Of a stretch of 64,000 bases of DNA, positions 29,724 through 42,251 are shown one piece after another (position 1 is the first letter of the stretch; the number at the start of each line of letters is the position of its first letter). A program made the translations under genes and the position numbers. The notes under the pieces were generated by a model that was not told the origin of the DNA, did no database searches, and saw only the letters and a list, made by a program, of their open reading frames with translations. Source of the stretch: Patescibacteria group bacterium (GTDB lineage: Bacteria > Patescibacteriota > Gracilibacteria > Peribacterales > Peribacteraceae); assembly GCA_023263945.1 (NCBI GenBank), contig JALQTW010000003.1:45202-109201 (forward strand). Reading direction: 5' to 3'.

Positions 29724-30926
29724 ATGATGTCTTCCACTTCTCGAACCATTCTCATTTCTGCGCTTACCTCTGCACTCGTCACGAGTGTCATGATGGCAAT
29801 CGGCACGCATGCGCTTGCTCCAGAGACACGTACAAACGAAGGAGCCTTGCAGGTGAAGAGTCCATCAAACAGCGAGTCATCCGATATTGTGGAAGCTGTG
29901 AAAACAACATCACCTGCCGTTGCGAGTGTCATCATTTCGAAAGATGTTCCTGTCATGGAGCGGCATATGGTAAATCCTTTTGGGGATGATCCTTTCTTCC
30001 AGCAATTCTTTGGAGGACCCGGCCTTCAAGTTCCGCAGATGCGACAGAATGGAACCGAACATCGTGAAGTGGGCGGAGGAACAGCATTCTTTATTTCATC
30101 GGATGGACTTCTCATGACGAACAAACATGTGGTGTCTGATGAACATGCAGACTATACCGTGTTCTTGAATGACGGACGAAAGTTGGAAGCAAAAGTGGTG
30201 ACGATGGATCCGGGGAACGATATTGCACTGCTCAAAGTGGAGGGCACAGGATTTCCCTATCTCGCTTTTTCGGACACGGAACCAGAGTTAGGACAGCAAG
30301 TAATTGCGATTGGAAACAGCCTGGGTGAATTCAACAACACCGTGAGCGTAGGAGTGCTTTCTGGTCTCAGTAGAACTATTTCTGCGGGTGATCAAGGAGG
30401 CAGCAGTATGGAGCGACTTTCCAGCATTTTGCAGACCGATGCTGCTATTAACCACGGAAACTCAGGCGGACCTCTTCTTTCAACCGATGGCAAGGTGCTT
30501 GGTATGAATACCGCCATTGCGGAGAGCGCAGAGAATATTGGTTTTGCGATTCCTGCGAAGGACCTGAAGCGAGCAGTCGAAAGTTACAAGAAAAATGGCC
30601 GCATTGTGCGCCCGTATCTTGGTGTGCGCTATGTGCCTATTACACAGGATATGAAGGAAAAGAATAATCTCAGTGTGGATTATGGTGTGCTTGTGGTGCG
30701 TGGGAATGATCCGACGGAACTAGCCGTTCTTCCAGGCTCTCCAGCCGATAAAGCCGGCATTGAGGAGAACGATATCATCTTGGAAATGGACGGAAAGAAA
30801 TTAGATGAAGAAACAGCACTTGCAGATCTCATTCGTGAAAAGTCACCAGGTGATACGGCAACATTATTGATCCTCCATAAAGGAGAGCGAAAAACTATCA
30901 CGGTGATGTTAGAGGAGCAGAAATGA
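29724..30926 (+). CDS. htrA: HtrA/DegP-family serine protease with one PDZ domain
   Basis: TNKHVV, DIALLK, QTDAAINHGNSGGPL, PGSPADKAG. Confidence 0.93.
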   Translation: MMSSTSRTILISALTSALVTSVMMAIGTHALAPETRTNEGALQVKSPSNSESSDIVEAVKTTSPAVASVIISKDVPVMERHMVNPFGDDPFFQQFFGGPGLQVPQMRQNGTEHREVGGGTAFFISSDGLLMTNKHVVSDEHADYTVFLNDGRKLEAKVVTMDPGNDIALLKVEGTGFPYLAFSDTEPELGQQVIAIGNSLGEFNNTVSVGVLSGLSRTISAGDQGGSSMERLSSILQTDAAINHGNSGGPLLSTDGKVLGMNTAIAESAENIGFAIPAKDLKRAVESYKKNGRIVRPYLGVRYVPITQDMKEKNNLSVDYGVLVVRGNDPTELAVLPGSPADKAGIEENDIILEMDGKKLDEETALADLIREKSPGDTATLLILHKGERKTITVMLEEQK

Positions 30927-30929
30927 TTT

Positions 30930-31111
30930 TTAACTTTTCTTGATTTCTTTATCTGGAAGCACGATATCAACAAGCGCTTTCAGCCTCTCTTGGTCAGGAG
31001 TTAAATCCTCCTGTACCACTTCAAAACGCTGATGTTTCTTCTGTGTCTCATCTGGCGATGGTGTTTCATCTTCCGGGCGCGGTGTTTGTTCAGGAACATC
31101 GTGAGGCATAT

Positions 31112-31115
<4 letters not shown>
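30930..31115 (-). CDS. Small acidic hypothetical protein
   Basis: 61 aa, ATGA-coupled to the upstream ORF. Confidence 0.5.
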
Positions 31116-33516
<2,401 letters not shown>

Positions 33517-33525
33517 CTACGAGAA

Positions 33526-33590
33526 GTCAGAAGGCAGAGGCCAGAAAGCAGAGTACTTTCACTGTCTTCTGACTCCTGATTTCTGCCTTC
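33526..33590. repeat. Heptamer tandem repeats, inverted pair
   Basis: gtcagaaggcagaggccagaaagcagag...ttctgactcctgatttctgccttc. Confidence 0.7.
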
Positions 33591-33669
33591 TTTCGATGGG
33601 TGTTATCTTCTTTTACTTTTTGCAGCGATAATCCACTCCTTCACCCTGTCAATTGCATTCTCTCAATAA

Positions 33670-33939
33670 ATGGACAAGATACGCCTCGTGGCTTCTCTCG
33701 CAGATCTCCGCAGGCAAATTGACCAGTTGGACCGCCAACTGATGGATCTCCTTGCACGTAGAACAAAGCTCATGAAGGGTGTTTTGGCGCAGACAGACGA
33801 TGAAGTAGACCCAGACTGGCAGGAACAAGTCTTAAGTAACTGGCTGGAGCAGGCCTTCGATTTTGGCTTAGATGAGGCCTCTTCACAGAAAGTGTGCATG
33901 GCCGTGATGGATATGGGGAAGAGGACGGTCGAAATATAG
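33670..33939 (+). CDS. Chorismate mutase type II-like protein
   Basis: LADLRRQIDQLDRQLMDLLARR. Confidence 0.7.
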   Translation: MDKIRLVASLADLRRQIDQLDRQLMDLLARRTKLMKGVLAQTDDEVDPDWQEQVLSNWLEQAFDFGLDEASSQKVCMAVMDMGKRTVEI

Positions 33940-33997
33940 CGGTTAGCGATCAGCGGCTAGCGGCTAGTTTTTTTGCTAATCGCTACACGCTAGACGC
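33938..33997. repeat. Heptamer tandem repeats, inverted pair
   Basis: agcggttagcgatcagcggctagcggctag...ctaatcgctacacgctagacgc. Confidence 0.7.
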
Positions 33998-34067
33998 AAT
34001 TCGCTCCTCAGGGTCTTGGAAATCCGCCACAAATCTGGTATACTGATTCGATTTCCCAAACACAAAC

Positions 34068-34424
34068 ATGAACCTCGAAGCCTGCGTGGCACATGCCATT
34101 CACAACGATCTGGACATCGTTGAACTCCTTCCAGACATTACGGAACTTCCTATGGAAGACCTGGAAGCATACATTGAGGATTTCATTGTGAACGTTCAGC
34201 AAACGCTTGTGGAGAACATTCGTGATCTTGGTGAACCATACGTGCGTTCTAAGGATGCAGCAGGGCTTTGTGCAACGCTCATGCGTGCAGGCATTGGCAT
34301 TCCTCCCGAACCACTCCTGAAGATGTGTCACACCATTCTCCGTTTGAGCGAAGTGGATGCACGCTTCATTGCAGACACCCCAGACGGTCAGAGCGTGTAT
34401 TACATGAAGATGCAGATAGCGTAG
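34068..34424 (+). CDS. Hypothetical protein
   Basis: 118-aa ORF filling the gap between annotated genes. Confidence 0.65.
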   Translation: MNLEACVAHAIHNDLDIVELLPDITELPMEDLEAYIEDFIVNVQQTLVENIRDLGEPYVRSKDAAGLCATLMRAGIGIPPEPLLKMCHTILRLSEVDARFIADTPDGQSVYYMKMQIA

Positions 34425-34481
34425 TAGCTAGGGGCTAGAGGTTAGTAGCTAGAGCGGCCCTTCGGGCCGCGGTGTTAGGCA

Positions 34482-34823
34482 TTAAAAAATCTTCCCACCG
34501 AGTGGGATATCCGGACGATCAAACCCAAGCAACGCGACATGACCGTCTTTATCAGGTGCACCACAAACAAGACATTCTGAAATGAAGGGCCCGATTTGTT
34601 TTGGTGGGAAGTTCACCACCGCAACGACGAGTCGATTCATCAGTTGTTCCTTTGTATAAAGATGTGTCACCTGCGCGGAAGATCGTTTCGTGCCGATCTC
34701 GGAGCCGAAATCGATCGTGAGTTTATAAGCAGGCTTTTTCGCTTCTGGGAAATCCTCAACATCAACCACTTTTCCAACGCGCAGTTCTACTTTTTCAAAA
34801 TCAGGATAGGTAATGGTTTCCAT
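34482..34823 (-). CDS. csaA: CsaA/Trbp111-like tRNA-binding OB-fold protein
   Basis: DFEKVELRVG, KPAYKL.IDFG, SSAQVT, VVNFPPKQIG. Confidence 0.9.
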   Translation of the reverse strand: METITYPDFEKVELRVGKVVDVEDFPEAKKPAYKLTIDFGSEIGTKRSSAQVTHLYTKEQLMNRLVVAVVNFPPKQIGPFISECLVCGAPDKDGHVALLGFDRPDIPLGGKIF

Positions 34824-34879
34824 AGAAAATGATCTACCACATACAAACAACCTCTCGTAACTCGTACCTGGTAACTCGA

Positions 34880-35275
34880 TTAACGCTTCGCGAACTGAGG
34901 AGCACGGCGTGCACGATGCAATCCCGGCTTCTTGCGCTCTTTAATACGGCTGTCTCGGCGGAGGAAGCCTGCTTGTTTCAGCTCACCACGGAGTTCTGGG
35001 TTCAAGAGAAGAAGAGCACGGCTGATACCGTGACGGAGAGCATCACTTTGAGAGCTTTTTCCTCCTCCTACGATCTTCGCCTCAATGTCCACCTCCTTGA
35101 GCTTCCCTGTGAGTGCAAGAGGAGCCATGGAATTTTCGATGAGTGTTCCATGGAGATATTTATCCAGTGGCAATTGATTCACGGTGATCTTTCCGGAACC
35201 GCTTTGAAACAGGCGAACCTGCGCAATGGATGTCTTGCGCTTACCAAGGCCGTAGAAATAAGGACGTGGTGTCAT
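34880..35275 (-). CDS. rpsI: 30S ribosomal protein S9
   Basis: GKRKTSIA, GGGKSSQ, KERKKPGL, APQFAKR. Confidence 0.97.
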   Translation of the reverse strand: MTPRPYFYGLGKRKTSIAQVRLFQSGSGKITVNQLPLDKYLHGTLIENSMAPLALTGKLKEVDIEAKIVGGGKSSQSDALRHGISRALLLLNPELRGELKQAGFLRRDSRIKERKKPGLHRARRAPQFAKR

Positions 35276-35703
35276 GAGCGAACAGTGGGAAGAGGTTTGG
35301 GAGATTGTGCTTCATGTTCGTGCGTTTCGCCTGCAAACACGTGAAGACGCTTTAAGAGGTGATCTCGCATGGCATTCTTTGGGAGCATTCCCTTCACGGC
35401 AAGTTCTATGACTTTCTCCGGTGTTTCATTGAGCATGCGTTCTACGGGTGTCTCTTTAAGACCACCAAAATACCCTGTGTGGCGGTAGTACATCTTCTGA
35501 TTAGGCTTGTTTCCTGTCAGTTTGATAGATGCAGCGTTGATGACCACCACATGATCTCCTGCAGGAAGGTGCGGAACGAACGATGCCTTGTGCTTGCCAC
35601 GAATCACCATGGCAATGCGTGCAGAGAGGCGACCCAAGGATTGATCCTTGGCATCCACAATGAACCACTCGGGCTCAGCCGGCTTTGGAAAGGAGGTCTT
35701 CAT
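35272..35703 (-). CDS. rplM: 50S ribosomal protein L13
   Basis: WFIVDA, LGRL, YYRHTGY, AVKGMLP. Confidence 0.97.
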   Translation of the reverse strand: MKTSFPKPAEPEWFIVDAKDQSLGRLSARIAMVIRGKHKASFVPHLPAGDHVVVINAASIKLTGNKPNQKMYYRHTGYFGGLKETPVERMLNETPEKVIELAVKGMLPKNAMRDHLLKRLHVFAGETHEHEAQSPKPLPTVRS

Positions 35704-36143
35704 GAGGATTTCGAGGATTTTTTCTTTGTCATCTTTTTCTCTTTTGCTTCCTTTGCATCTTTTGAATCTTTTGCTTCCACTGCTTTCCCCTCCACCAACA
35801 TAATATCGACGAGCAACGCTCCATCACCTTTTCTTTGACCCACGGGGATTGCTCGCGTGAAGCCGGAGGTGCGATCGCTGTACCGGTGCTTCAAGACTTC
35901 CATAATTTTGCGTGATGCATTTTTATCGGTCACGATTTGATTCATGCGGCGAATGGCGATATCTATGCGTTCAGATTTTCCAATGGTAAGAAGTTGATCC
36001 ACCACAGGACGCACCACCTGCGCACGCTTCTTTGTTGTGCGAACGTGTTCGTACAGAATGATTGAGGTCGCCATGTTACGCACAATCTGCCCCGCAATGT
36101 GCGGTTTCTGGGAGAGCCGTTGACTGTGATTGCGGTGGCGCAT
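35700..36143 (-). CDS. rplQ: 50S ribosomal protein L17
   Basis: MRHR, TTKKRA, SGFTR, RKGDGA; K/E-rich tail. Confidence 0.95.
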   Translation of the reverse strand: MRHRNHSQRLSQKPHIAGQIVRNMATSIILYEHVRTTKKRAQVVRPVVDQLLTIGKSERIDIAIRRMNQIVTDKNASRKIMEVLKHRYSDRTSGFTRAIPVGQRKGDGALLVDIMLVEGKAVEAKDSKDAKEAKEKKMTKKKSSKSS

Positions 36144-36167
36144 GGGCGCGGAGGATAGCAGGAAGTG

Positions 36168-37163
36168 TTACGCGGCGTCGAGGTCATCATCCGCAAGCTT
36201 GAGCCCACGGGTGGCAAGGGTCTTTTCCACTTCATCCAGAGCTTTCGCTCCGAATCCACGGAAGTTGCTGAGCGTTGCCTTGCTGCACTTGGTGAGCTGC
36301 TCAATAGATCCCACTCCTGCATTGATGAGTGCATTGAGTGTGCGTGGAGAGAAGTTGAGGATTTCAATAGGGGTGTAGCTTTCCTTGCTGTTCGTGCGCT
36401 CAGCTTCTGGCATCACCTGGCTTGTTCGTGTGAAATCTGCCATAAATTCCTGCTCCACTTTCTCTTTATCCATGCCGAAGTAGTTGAAGTAGTTGGAGAG
36501 GAGCTGGCTTGCAAAGCGCACTGCTTCCTCTGCAGAGAGAGATCCGTTCGTCACCACTTCCATCGTGAGCTTCTCCAGGTTGGTCCGTTGACCCACACGC
36601 ATTTCAGATACATCGAAGCGAACTTTCTCTACCGGACTGAAGATGGCATCAATGTGAATAAGGCCTGGTTCGTTCTGTTTCTTGTTGCGCTCTGCGGCAG
36701 GAGAGAAGCCAACACCTTTTTCTACCGTGAGATCCAACTTAATATTTGCGCCTTTTTCTAAGTGAGCAAGTTCCAAATCGGGATTCAGAATTTCGATATC
36801 CGAGCTGGCTTTGATATCTCCAGCAAGGAGCGCCTTGGGGCCTTTGCCTTCCAGCGTGACCACCTCCATATCTTTATTGTGCTTGCGCATTTTGATCTGC
36901 TTGATGAGGAGTGAGAGGTCCAGCACAGATTCACGCACACCTTTCACGGTTGCGTACTCATGCTGGGTTCCGCTCACACGGATGGAGGTGACAGCGGCAC
37001 CCGGCAGACTGCTTAAGAGTCCGCGGCGGAGTGCATTGCCAAGCGTCATACCGTAGCCGGGAGGGAGCGGCCCGATGGTGACAACTGCACTGTGGTCTGC
37101 GCCTTTGGCAACGGGAGTGACCGTTACTTTAGGGAGACCGATTTCTTCCTGAATGATGTGCAT
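36168..37163 (-). CDS. rpoA: RNA polymerase alpha subunit
   Basis: GYGMTLGNALRR, IDAIFSPV, VGQRT, alpha-CTD FSPRTLNAL. Confidence 0.97.
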   Translation of the reverse strand: MHIIQEEIGLPKVTVTPVAKGADHSAVVTIGPLPPGYGMTLGNALRRGLLSSLPGAAVTSIRVSGTQHEYATVKGVRESVLDLSLLIKQIKMRKHNKDMEVVTLEGKGPKALLAGDIKASSDIEILNPDLELAHLEKGANIKLDLTVEKGVGFSPAAERNKKQNEPGLIHIDAIFSPVEKVRFDVSEMRVGQRTNLEKLTMEVVTNGSLSAEEAVRFASQLLSNYFNYFGMDKEKVEQEFMADFTRTSQVMPEAERTNSKESYTPIEILNFSPRTLNALINAGVGSIEQLTKCSKATLSNFRGFGAKALDEVEKTLATRGLKLADDDLDAA

Positions 37164-37217
37164 AAAACGGAGTGGAAAAGAGGAGGCGGGATGAAAAGTC
37201 GCTCCCGCGGGCGACAA

Positions 37218-37832
37218 TTATCGGGAATAGAATTCAACGACCTTACGCATATCAACCGCCTGTTCCAGCTGATCTTCCGCAGGAACAGCAATCACCTCAA
37301 AAGAGAGGGATGCGGGGTCGGACTTAATCCAGGCAGGGGGGCTATAGCGCTCATTACCCTGGAGGATAGATTCAAAAATAGGAGAGCCTTTTGTCTGTTC
37401 GCGGATGGCAATTTTGTCACCGGGAGAGACACGGTACGATGCGACCGTCACACGCTGACCGTTCACCTTGAAGAGTCCGTGCGCTGCAAACTGACGTGCC
37501 TGTAGACGAGACCTCGCAAAACCTGCTTTATAGATGGCGTTATCCAGACGGCGCTCCAACATTTGTTTCATCGCGACGTCTGTCTTTCCTGTTGCACGAC
37601 TTGCTTCATCATAAATACGCTGGAACTGACGCTCCGTGATCATGAACATATCGCGTGCTTTCTGCTTTTCCTTGAGCTGCTCACCGTACTCGGAGAGTTT
37701 TCCGCGGCGTGCCTTGGGGTCTTTCCCTGGACCATGCGGCTTTCTCTGCAAAATGCGATCGTACTTTTCAGGACCGTACAGGTTGGTACCCTGTCGTCTG
37801 ACGCGCCGTGCTTTAGGACCTGTATATCGCAT
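37218..37832 (-). CDS. rpsD: 30S ribosomal protein S4
   Basis: RYTGPK, QLKEKQK, LERRLDN, VVEFYSR. Confidence 0.97.
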   Translation of the reverse strand: MRYTGPKARRVRRQGTNLYGPEKYDRILQRKPHGPGKDPKARRGKLSEYGEQLKEKQKARDMFMITERQFQRIYDEASRATGKTDVAMKQMLERRLDNAIYKAGFARSRLQARQFAAHGLFKVNGQRVTVASYRVSPGDKIAIREQTKGSPIFESILQGNERYSPPAWIKSDPASLSFEVIAVPAEDQLEQAVDMRKVVEFYSR

Positions 37833-37856
37833 ACAAAAGGAAAGAGAGGAAGAATA

Positions 37857-38294
37857 TTAAATACGACGTGGTTTTGGAGGTCGGCATCCGCCGTGTGCAA
37901 TGGGCGTTGTGTCCACAATGGCATCAAACGGAATGCCCGACGTCTGAAGACCGCGGATTGCCTGTTCTCTGCCGGGACCAATGCCCGTCACTTCAATGTC
38001 CATGGACTGAATGCCCAGTGTGGCAACCTTCTCCATGGCCTTTTCCGCAGCCACTTTCGCAGCGTAGGGAGTGGATTTGCGGCTTCCTTTGAATCCTGCA
38101 GCACCAGCACTAGACCAACCGAGCACAGAACCATCCAGATCTGTAATGGTGATGATCGTATTGTTATCACCAGCAAAAATACACGCGCGTGCTTTTGTGA
38201 CCGAACGCTTCAGTTTTTTCTTGCGGCGCTTGGGTGCCTCTTTTTCAGAGGAACCTTCTGCGGGTGCGGTGGTTGCTGCTTTCTCATCAGCCAT
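37857..38294 (-). CDS. rpsK: 30S ribosomal protein S11
   Basis: NNTI, SRKSTPYAA, GPGRE, HGGCRPPK. Confidence 0.97.
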   Translation of the reverse strand: MADEKAATTAPAEGSSEKEAPKRRKKKLKRSVTKARACIFAGDNNTIITITDLDGSVLGWSSAGAAGFKGSRKSTPYAAKVAAEKAMEKVATLGIQSMDIEVTGIGPGREQAIRGLQTSGIPFDAIVDTTPIAHGGCRPPKPRRI

Positions 38295-38336
38295 AGAAAG
38301 GTCACGCTTAGCGTGAAGGAATAAAAGATAAAAGGT

Positions 38337-38717
38337 TTACGTCTTCGTGAGGGTCACGCGTCCGGAGAGACCTGTCCTCTTCTTACCACGACGTGTGCGT
38401 GCATTACGGCGAGATGTCTGACCGCGAACGGGAAGTTTCTTCCGGTGACGCATTCCTCTCCATGTTCCAATATCTTGGAGGCGCTTCACATCCAGAGACA
38501 CTTTTCGAACAAGATCACCTTCCGTCACCATTTTTTCCACGAGCGAACGAATGAGTGCTTCCTGTTGTTCGGTGAGTTTCTCTGCCTTCAAGTCCAGACT
38601 GATTTTTGCTTCCTGCAAAATGCGACGGGACGTAGATCTGCCGATTCCTTTGATCGCCGTAAGGGCGACTTCAATGCGTTTATTCCCAGGAAGGACAACA
38701 CCGGCAATACGTGCCAT
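38337..38717 (-). CDS. rpsM: 30S ribosomal protein S13
   Basis: MARIAGV, GIG, LPVRGQ, NARTRRG. Confidence 0.97.
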   Translation of the reverse strand: MARIAGVVLPGNKRIEVALTAIKGIGRSTSRRILQEAKISLDLKAEKLTEQQEALIRSLVEKMVTEGDLVRKVSLDVKRLQDIGTWRGMRHRKKLPVRGQTSRRNARTRRGKKRTGLSGRVTLTKT

Positions 38718-38738
38718 AAGAGGAGAAGTGAGGAAGGA

Positions 38739-38852
38739 TTAACCCTGGCGCTGTTTGTGGCGCGGGTTCTTGCAGACGACTCTGCGCACACCCTTTCGCA
38801 CAATCACGCGACAGTCTTTGCAACGGCGCTTGACGGAAGGGGTGACTTTCAT
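38739..38852 (-). CDS. rpmJ: 50S ribosomal protein L36
   Basis: Below the ORF track cutoff; translates [37 protein letters not shown]. Confidence 0.95.
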   Translation of the reverse strand: MKVTPSVKRRCKDCRVIVRKGVRRVVCKNPRHKQRQG

Positions 38853-38861
38853 GGGAAAAAT

Positions 38862-39146
38862 TTAAGAGGAAGAGGAAGTCTCCACGGGCGAAGTCTGGGG
38901 GTTTCCCAGAGGATCATCGTTGCGAAAGCGGTACACAATGCGCCCCTTCTTCAGGTCATACGGCGTCATTTCCACTTTCACACGGTCGCCGGGGAGAATG
39001 CGTACGCGGTTCACGCGCATGCGTCCTGCCAGGTGGCAATGGAGCTCATGATTCTCGGCTTCGGCTGACGTAATGCGGACTCGAAATGTGGCGTTAGGGT
39101 AACTCTCTTCAACAACGCCGATGAGTTCAATCACATCTTTAGACAC
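38862..39146 (-). CDS. infA: Translation initiation factor IF-1
   Basis: [34 protein letters not shown]; probable GTG start; Ser/Pro tail. Confidence 0.93.
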   Translation of the reverse strand: MSKDVIELIGVVEESYPNATFRVRITSAEAENHELHCHLAGRMRVNRVRILPGDRVKVEMTPYDLKKGRIVYRFRNDDPLGNPQTSPVETSSSS

Positions 39147-39298
39147 AGAGAAAAGCCGAGATATCTTATAGACCGAACAAAGCAAGAGCAAGCCACTGTG
39201 GTGGCAAAAGACGAGGCCATTGAAAAAATGTATTGCACTATTTACAAAATATTGTATTACAACATTTTAAACATCATTAAAGACAAAATTGCCTCTTT

Positions 39299-40048
39299 TC
39301 ACGCAATAATCTCACAGTGATCCTGCTCGATAAGCACCGTGTGCTCGAAATGACACGCGAGCGAGCCATCTGCTGTGCGAAGCGTCCACCCATCATCGTC
39401 CTGGAGAAAAGAATCTGACCCAAGGGACGCAATAGGCTCAATCGCGATGAGTGTGTGGAGCGGAAGTGATGGCCCTGTGTGTGCCTGACCGACATTTGGG
39501 ATATCTGGAAACTGATGGAGCTCTTTTCCAAGCCCGTGGCCCGTGAGCCCCCGAACCGGGCTGTAGCCTTCTCTCCGAAGAGAGAGTTCAATGAAGGCAG
39601 AGATGGATCCTGTTTGCATCCCTTCCTTCACAAGGAGTTTCAGAACATCTTCCAGTGTTTTAGATACATCATCCAAAAACTTCTGTGTGCCAGGATCAAT
39701 CTGCCCAACACCCACGGTCACGCAGGCATCGGTATTAAGGCCATCGAGGATCACGCCACAATCCAGCGAGACAATGTCTCCCTCTTGTAACACGTACGCA
39801 CCGGGGATTCCGTGCACAATTTCATCATTGACCGAGGTGCACAGCGTTGCTTCATAGCCATTATAGCCAAGAAAACCCGGCTTTCCGCCGTGATCACGAA
39901 TGTACGTCTCCGCAATGCGATCGAGCTCCTTCGTTGTGATACCCGGTTTCACGCGAGACGAGACCTCCTGCAAGCACCCACGCAGGATCTTCCCATTCTT
40001 TCGAAGGGAAGTGATTTCAGCCGAGGAGAAGATTTGGCATTGGGACAT
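39299..40048 (-). CDS. map: Methionine aminopeptidase type I
   Basis: CTSVNDEIVHGIP, DCG, TD, GHGLG, AIEP, HFEHT. Confidence 0.95.
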   Translation of the reverse strand: MSQCQIFSSAEITSLRKNGKILRGCLQEVSSRVKPGITTKELDRIAETYIRDHGGKPGFLGYNGYEATLCTSVNDEIVHGIPGAYVLQEGDIVSLDCGVILDGLNTDACVTVGVGQIDPGTQKFLDDVSKTLEDVLKLLVKEGMQTGSISAFIELSLRREGYSPVRGLTGHGLGKELHQFPDIPNVGQAHTGPSLPLHTLIAIEPIASLGSDSFLQDDDGWTLRTADGSLACHFEHTVLIEQDHCEIIA

Positions 40049-40098
40049 GGAATATCCAGAGCCTAGCAAAACAAAGGTGAAATCCGAAAATATCATTC

Positions 40099-40209
40099 CT
40101 TCCCGCAGCCGCGAGTCCGGACTCGCGGCATGGCGACAAAGTCGCCATTTGTGGGAACGATCAACAACGATCTTCGATCGTTGTACGGCGACGACGGCGT
40201 CGCCGCTGC
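40099..40209. repeat. Cluster of four palindromic hairpins between adk and map
   Basis: gccgcgagtc-cg-gactcgcggc; atggcgac-aaa-gtcgccat; acaacgatc-ttc-gatcgttgt; cggcgacg-acgg-cgtcgccg. Confidence 0.75.
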
Positions 40210-40217
40210 AGGGGGGC

Positions 40218-40781
40218 TTATATTTTTATCACCTTTTTTAGATCCCCATACACCTCTTCCACTCCCCGATTTCCCTGAATATCGATCAACCTTCCTTGTT
40301 TTCGATACTCCTCAATGACCGGCCGCGTCTTTTCTTCAAACGTATCCATGCGACGGTTGATGATGGAGAGATCGCTATCATCTTTTCGTCCTTCTGCTTT
40401 TGCTCTTCCAAGAATCCGCTGGATCCCCTGTTCGCGCGTGAGGAGAATCTGAAGAGCGGTAAAATCGCGGCCTGCTTCTTTCATGATTGCATCAAAATCC
40501 CGCATTTGATCCAGATCTCTCGGAATACCATCAAAGAGAACCTTTTGATCCTTCGGCCGTGCCATCACCGCCTCCTTCACCACCTTCATGATGATCTCGT
40601 GTGGAACCAGATGCCCTGCATCAATGTAACTCTTCACCGTGTTTCCCAGTTCCGAGCCCGATGCGGCGATCTTCCGTAACTCTCCTCCCGCTTCAAACTG
40701 TTCATACCCAAATTCACTGCAGAGCTTTTTAGCCTGCGTGCCTTTCCCGGAGCCTTGAATGCCAAAGAGAACGAGGTCCAT
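40218..40781 (-). CDS. adk: Adenylate kinase (short, LID-less type)
   Basis: GIQGSGKGTQA, GHLVP, FDGIPR, GRKDD. Confidence 0.92.
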   Translation of the reverse strand: MDLVLFGIQGSGKGTQAKKLCSEFGYEQFEAGGELRKIAASGSELGNTVKSYIDAGHLVPHEIIMKVVKEAVMARPKDQKVLFDGIPRDLDQMRDFDAIMKEAGRDFTALQILLTREQGIQRILGRAKAEGRKDDSDLSIINRRMDTFEEKTRPVIEEYRKQGRLIDIQGNRGVEEVYGDLKKVIKI

Positions 40782-40785
40782 ACTT

Positions 40786-40950
40786 CTATTCTACCCGAAG
40801 TAAATCGCCTTTTATCTTTGCCCTTCGATAATTACTGCGAAAAGTTCTTACCCGGCGAAGAATTTCTTTGTCTGAAGCATCCTCTCGAATACTCATTTCA
40901 ATAAGACTTGCTGCACGAGTATCTTCTTCATGATCATAAAAATCTCCCAA
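40786..40950 (-). CDS. Small hypothetical ORF between secY and adk (start uncertain)
   Basis: Open frame ...GDFYDHEEDTRAASLIEMSIRE...LLRVE fills the gap. Confidence 0.35.
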   Translation of the reverse strand: MGDFYDHEEDTRAASLIEMSIREDASDKEILRRVRTFRSNYRRAKIKGDLLRVE

Positions 40951-40960
40951 TATGAGACTA

Positions 40961-42241
40961 TTAGGTGAGTTTTTCATAATCATGAGCAAGAAGCTGCGCA
41001 TTGATCTGACGAATGAGCTCGAGCACCACACCTACGACGATGATCAATCCTGAGCCGGAGATAATGAGGTCTGAGCTGGAGAGTGTTCCCTGACGTGTGA
41101 AGAGGAGCGGAATGATGGCAACAATGCCCAGGAAAATACCTCCCCACAGGTTTAAGCGCGTACTGGTGCGCTTGAGGACTTCTGCTGTTTGCTTTCCAGG
41201 ACGAACACCGGGGATGAATCCCCCGCGCTTCTGAATGCTTTCTGCAATGTCATCTGGCTTGAATGTGACAGACACATAGAAGAAGGTAAACGCCAGAACC
41301 AGTAAGAAGTAGAGCACCACATACAGAACGCTCGGTGCGCTTGGGTTAAGGTTTAATTCGATGAACGATTTGATTGCCGCAAAGCGAGGAGCAGTAGAAA
41401 GAAGCTGCGCAATAATGGCAGGGAAGGTGATGAGCGAAATGGCAAAGATGATAGGAATCATTCCTGCCTGGTTCAGGCGAATTGGGATATTTCCTGCAAC
41501 ACCACGACCTGCACCCTGGTTTGCATAGGTGATGGGAATTTGCTTGTGTGCATCGGTAAAGAGCACCACAGCAACAAGCATCGCCAGCGACACAATGAGA
41601 AACAGGTAGAACGCTGTCAGTTTTTCACCGCCGGCGTAGAACATAGAAGACACCGTCTGCGGAATGTTCGACACAATACCGGCAAAGATGAGGAGCGAAA
41701 TACCGTTTCCAATTCCCTTCTCTGTAATGATTTCCCCAAGCCACATGGCAAAAATACAACCCGTGGTCACAATCGCCATCGGCACTAAAACACCTGGGAA
41801 CGTGACATCCACAATACCGTTTGCTCCTCCCTGATTCAGAAGAATCAAAAATCCGTAACTCTGGAGGAAACCGAGTGGCAGTGTAAGCCAGCGTGTGTAC
41901 CGGTTGATCTGCTGCTGACCTTGCACTCCTTCCTTACTGAGCGCTTCCAGTTTAGGGAAAATAACGGTGCAGAGCTGCAGAATGATGGATGCATTGATGT
42001 ACGGAGAAAGACCCAACATGACGATGGAGAAGTTCTCAATGGCACCACCCGTGAGAGCGGTGAAGATACCGATGGCACCTGCAGAACCGCGACTATCTAA
42101 GAACGATTTCAGGAGCGTTGGGTCTGAACCCGGAATGGGAATATGCGCCGTTACACGATATGCGAAAATAAGGGCAATCGTGAGGAAGATCCTCATGCGA
42201 AGGTCCGGGGAACGCCAGAGTTGCTGGAGGTAGAGGAACAT
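40961..42241 (-). CDS. secY: Preprotein translocase subunit SecY
   Basis: HIPIPG, PYINASII, GIGNGISL, AGMIPIIFA, FIPGVRPG. Confidence 0.97.
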   Translation of the reverse strand: MFLYLQQLWRSPDLRMRIFLTIALIFAYRVTAHIPIPGSDPTLLKSFLDSRGSAGAIGIFTALTGGAIENFSIVMLGLSPYINASIILQLCTVIFPKLEALSKEGVQGQQQINRYTRWLTLPLGFLQSYGFLILLNQGGANGIVDVTFPGVLVPMAIVTTGCIFAMWLGEIITEKGIGNGISLLIFAGIVSNIPQTVSSMFYAGGEKLTAFYLFLIVSLAMLVAVVLFTDAHKQIPITYANQGAGRGVAGNIPIRLNQAGMIPIIFAISLITFPAIIAQLLSTAPRFAAIKSFIELNLNPSAPSVLYVVLYFLLVLAFTFFYVSVTFKPDDIAESIQKRGGFIPGVRPGKQTAEVLKRTSTRLNLWGGIFLGIVAIIPLLFTRQGTLSSSDLIISGSGLIIVVGVVLELIRQINAQLLAHDYEKLT

Positions 42242-42251
42242 TGCGTACAGA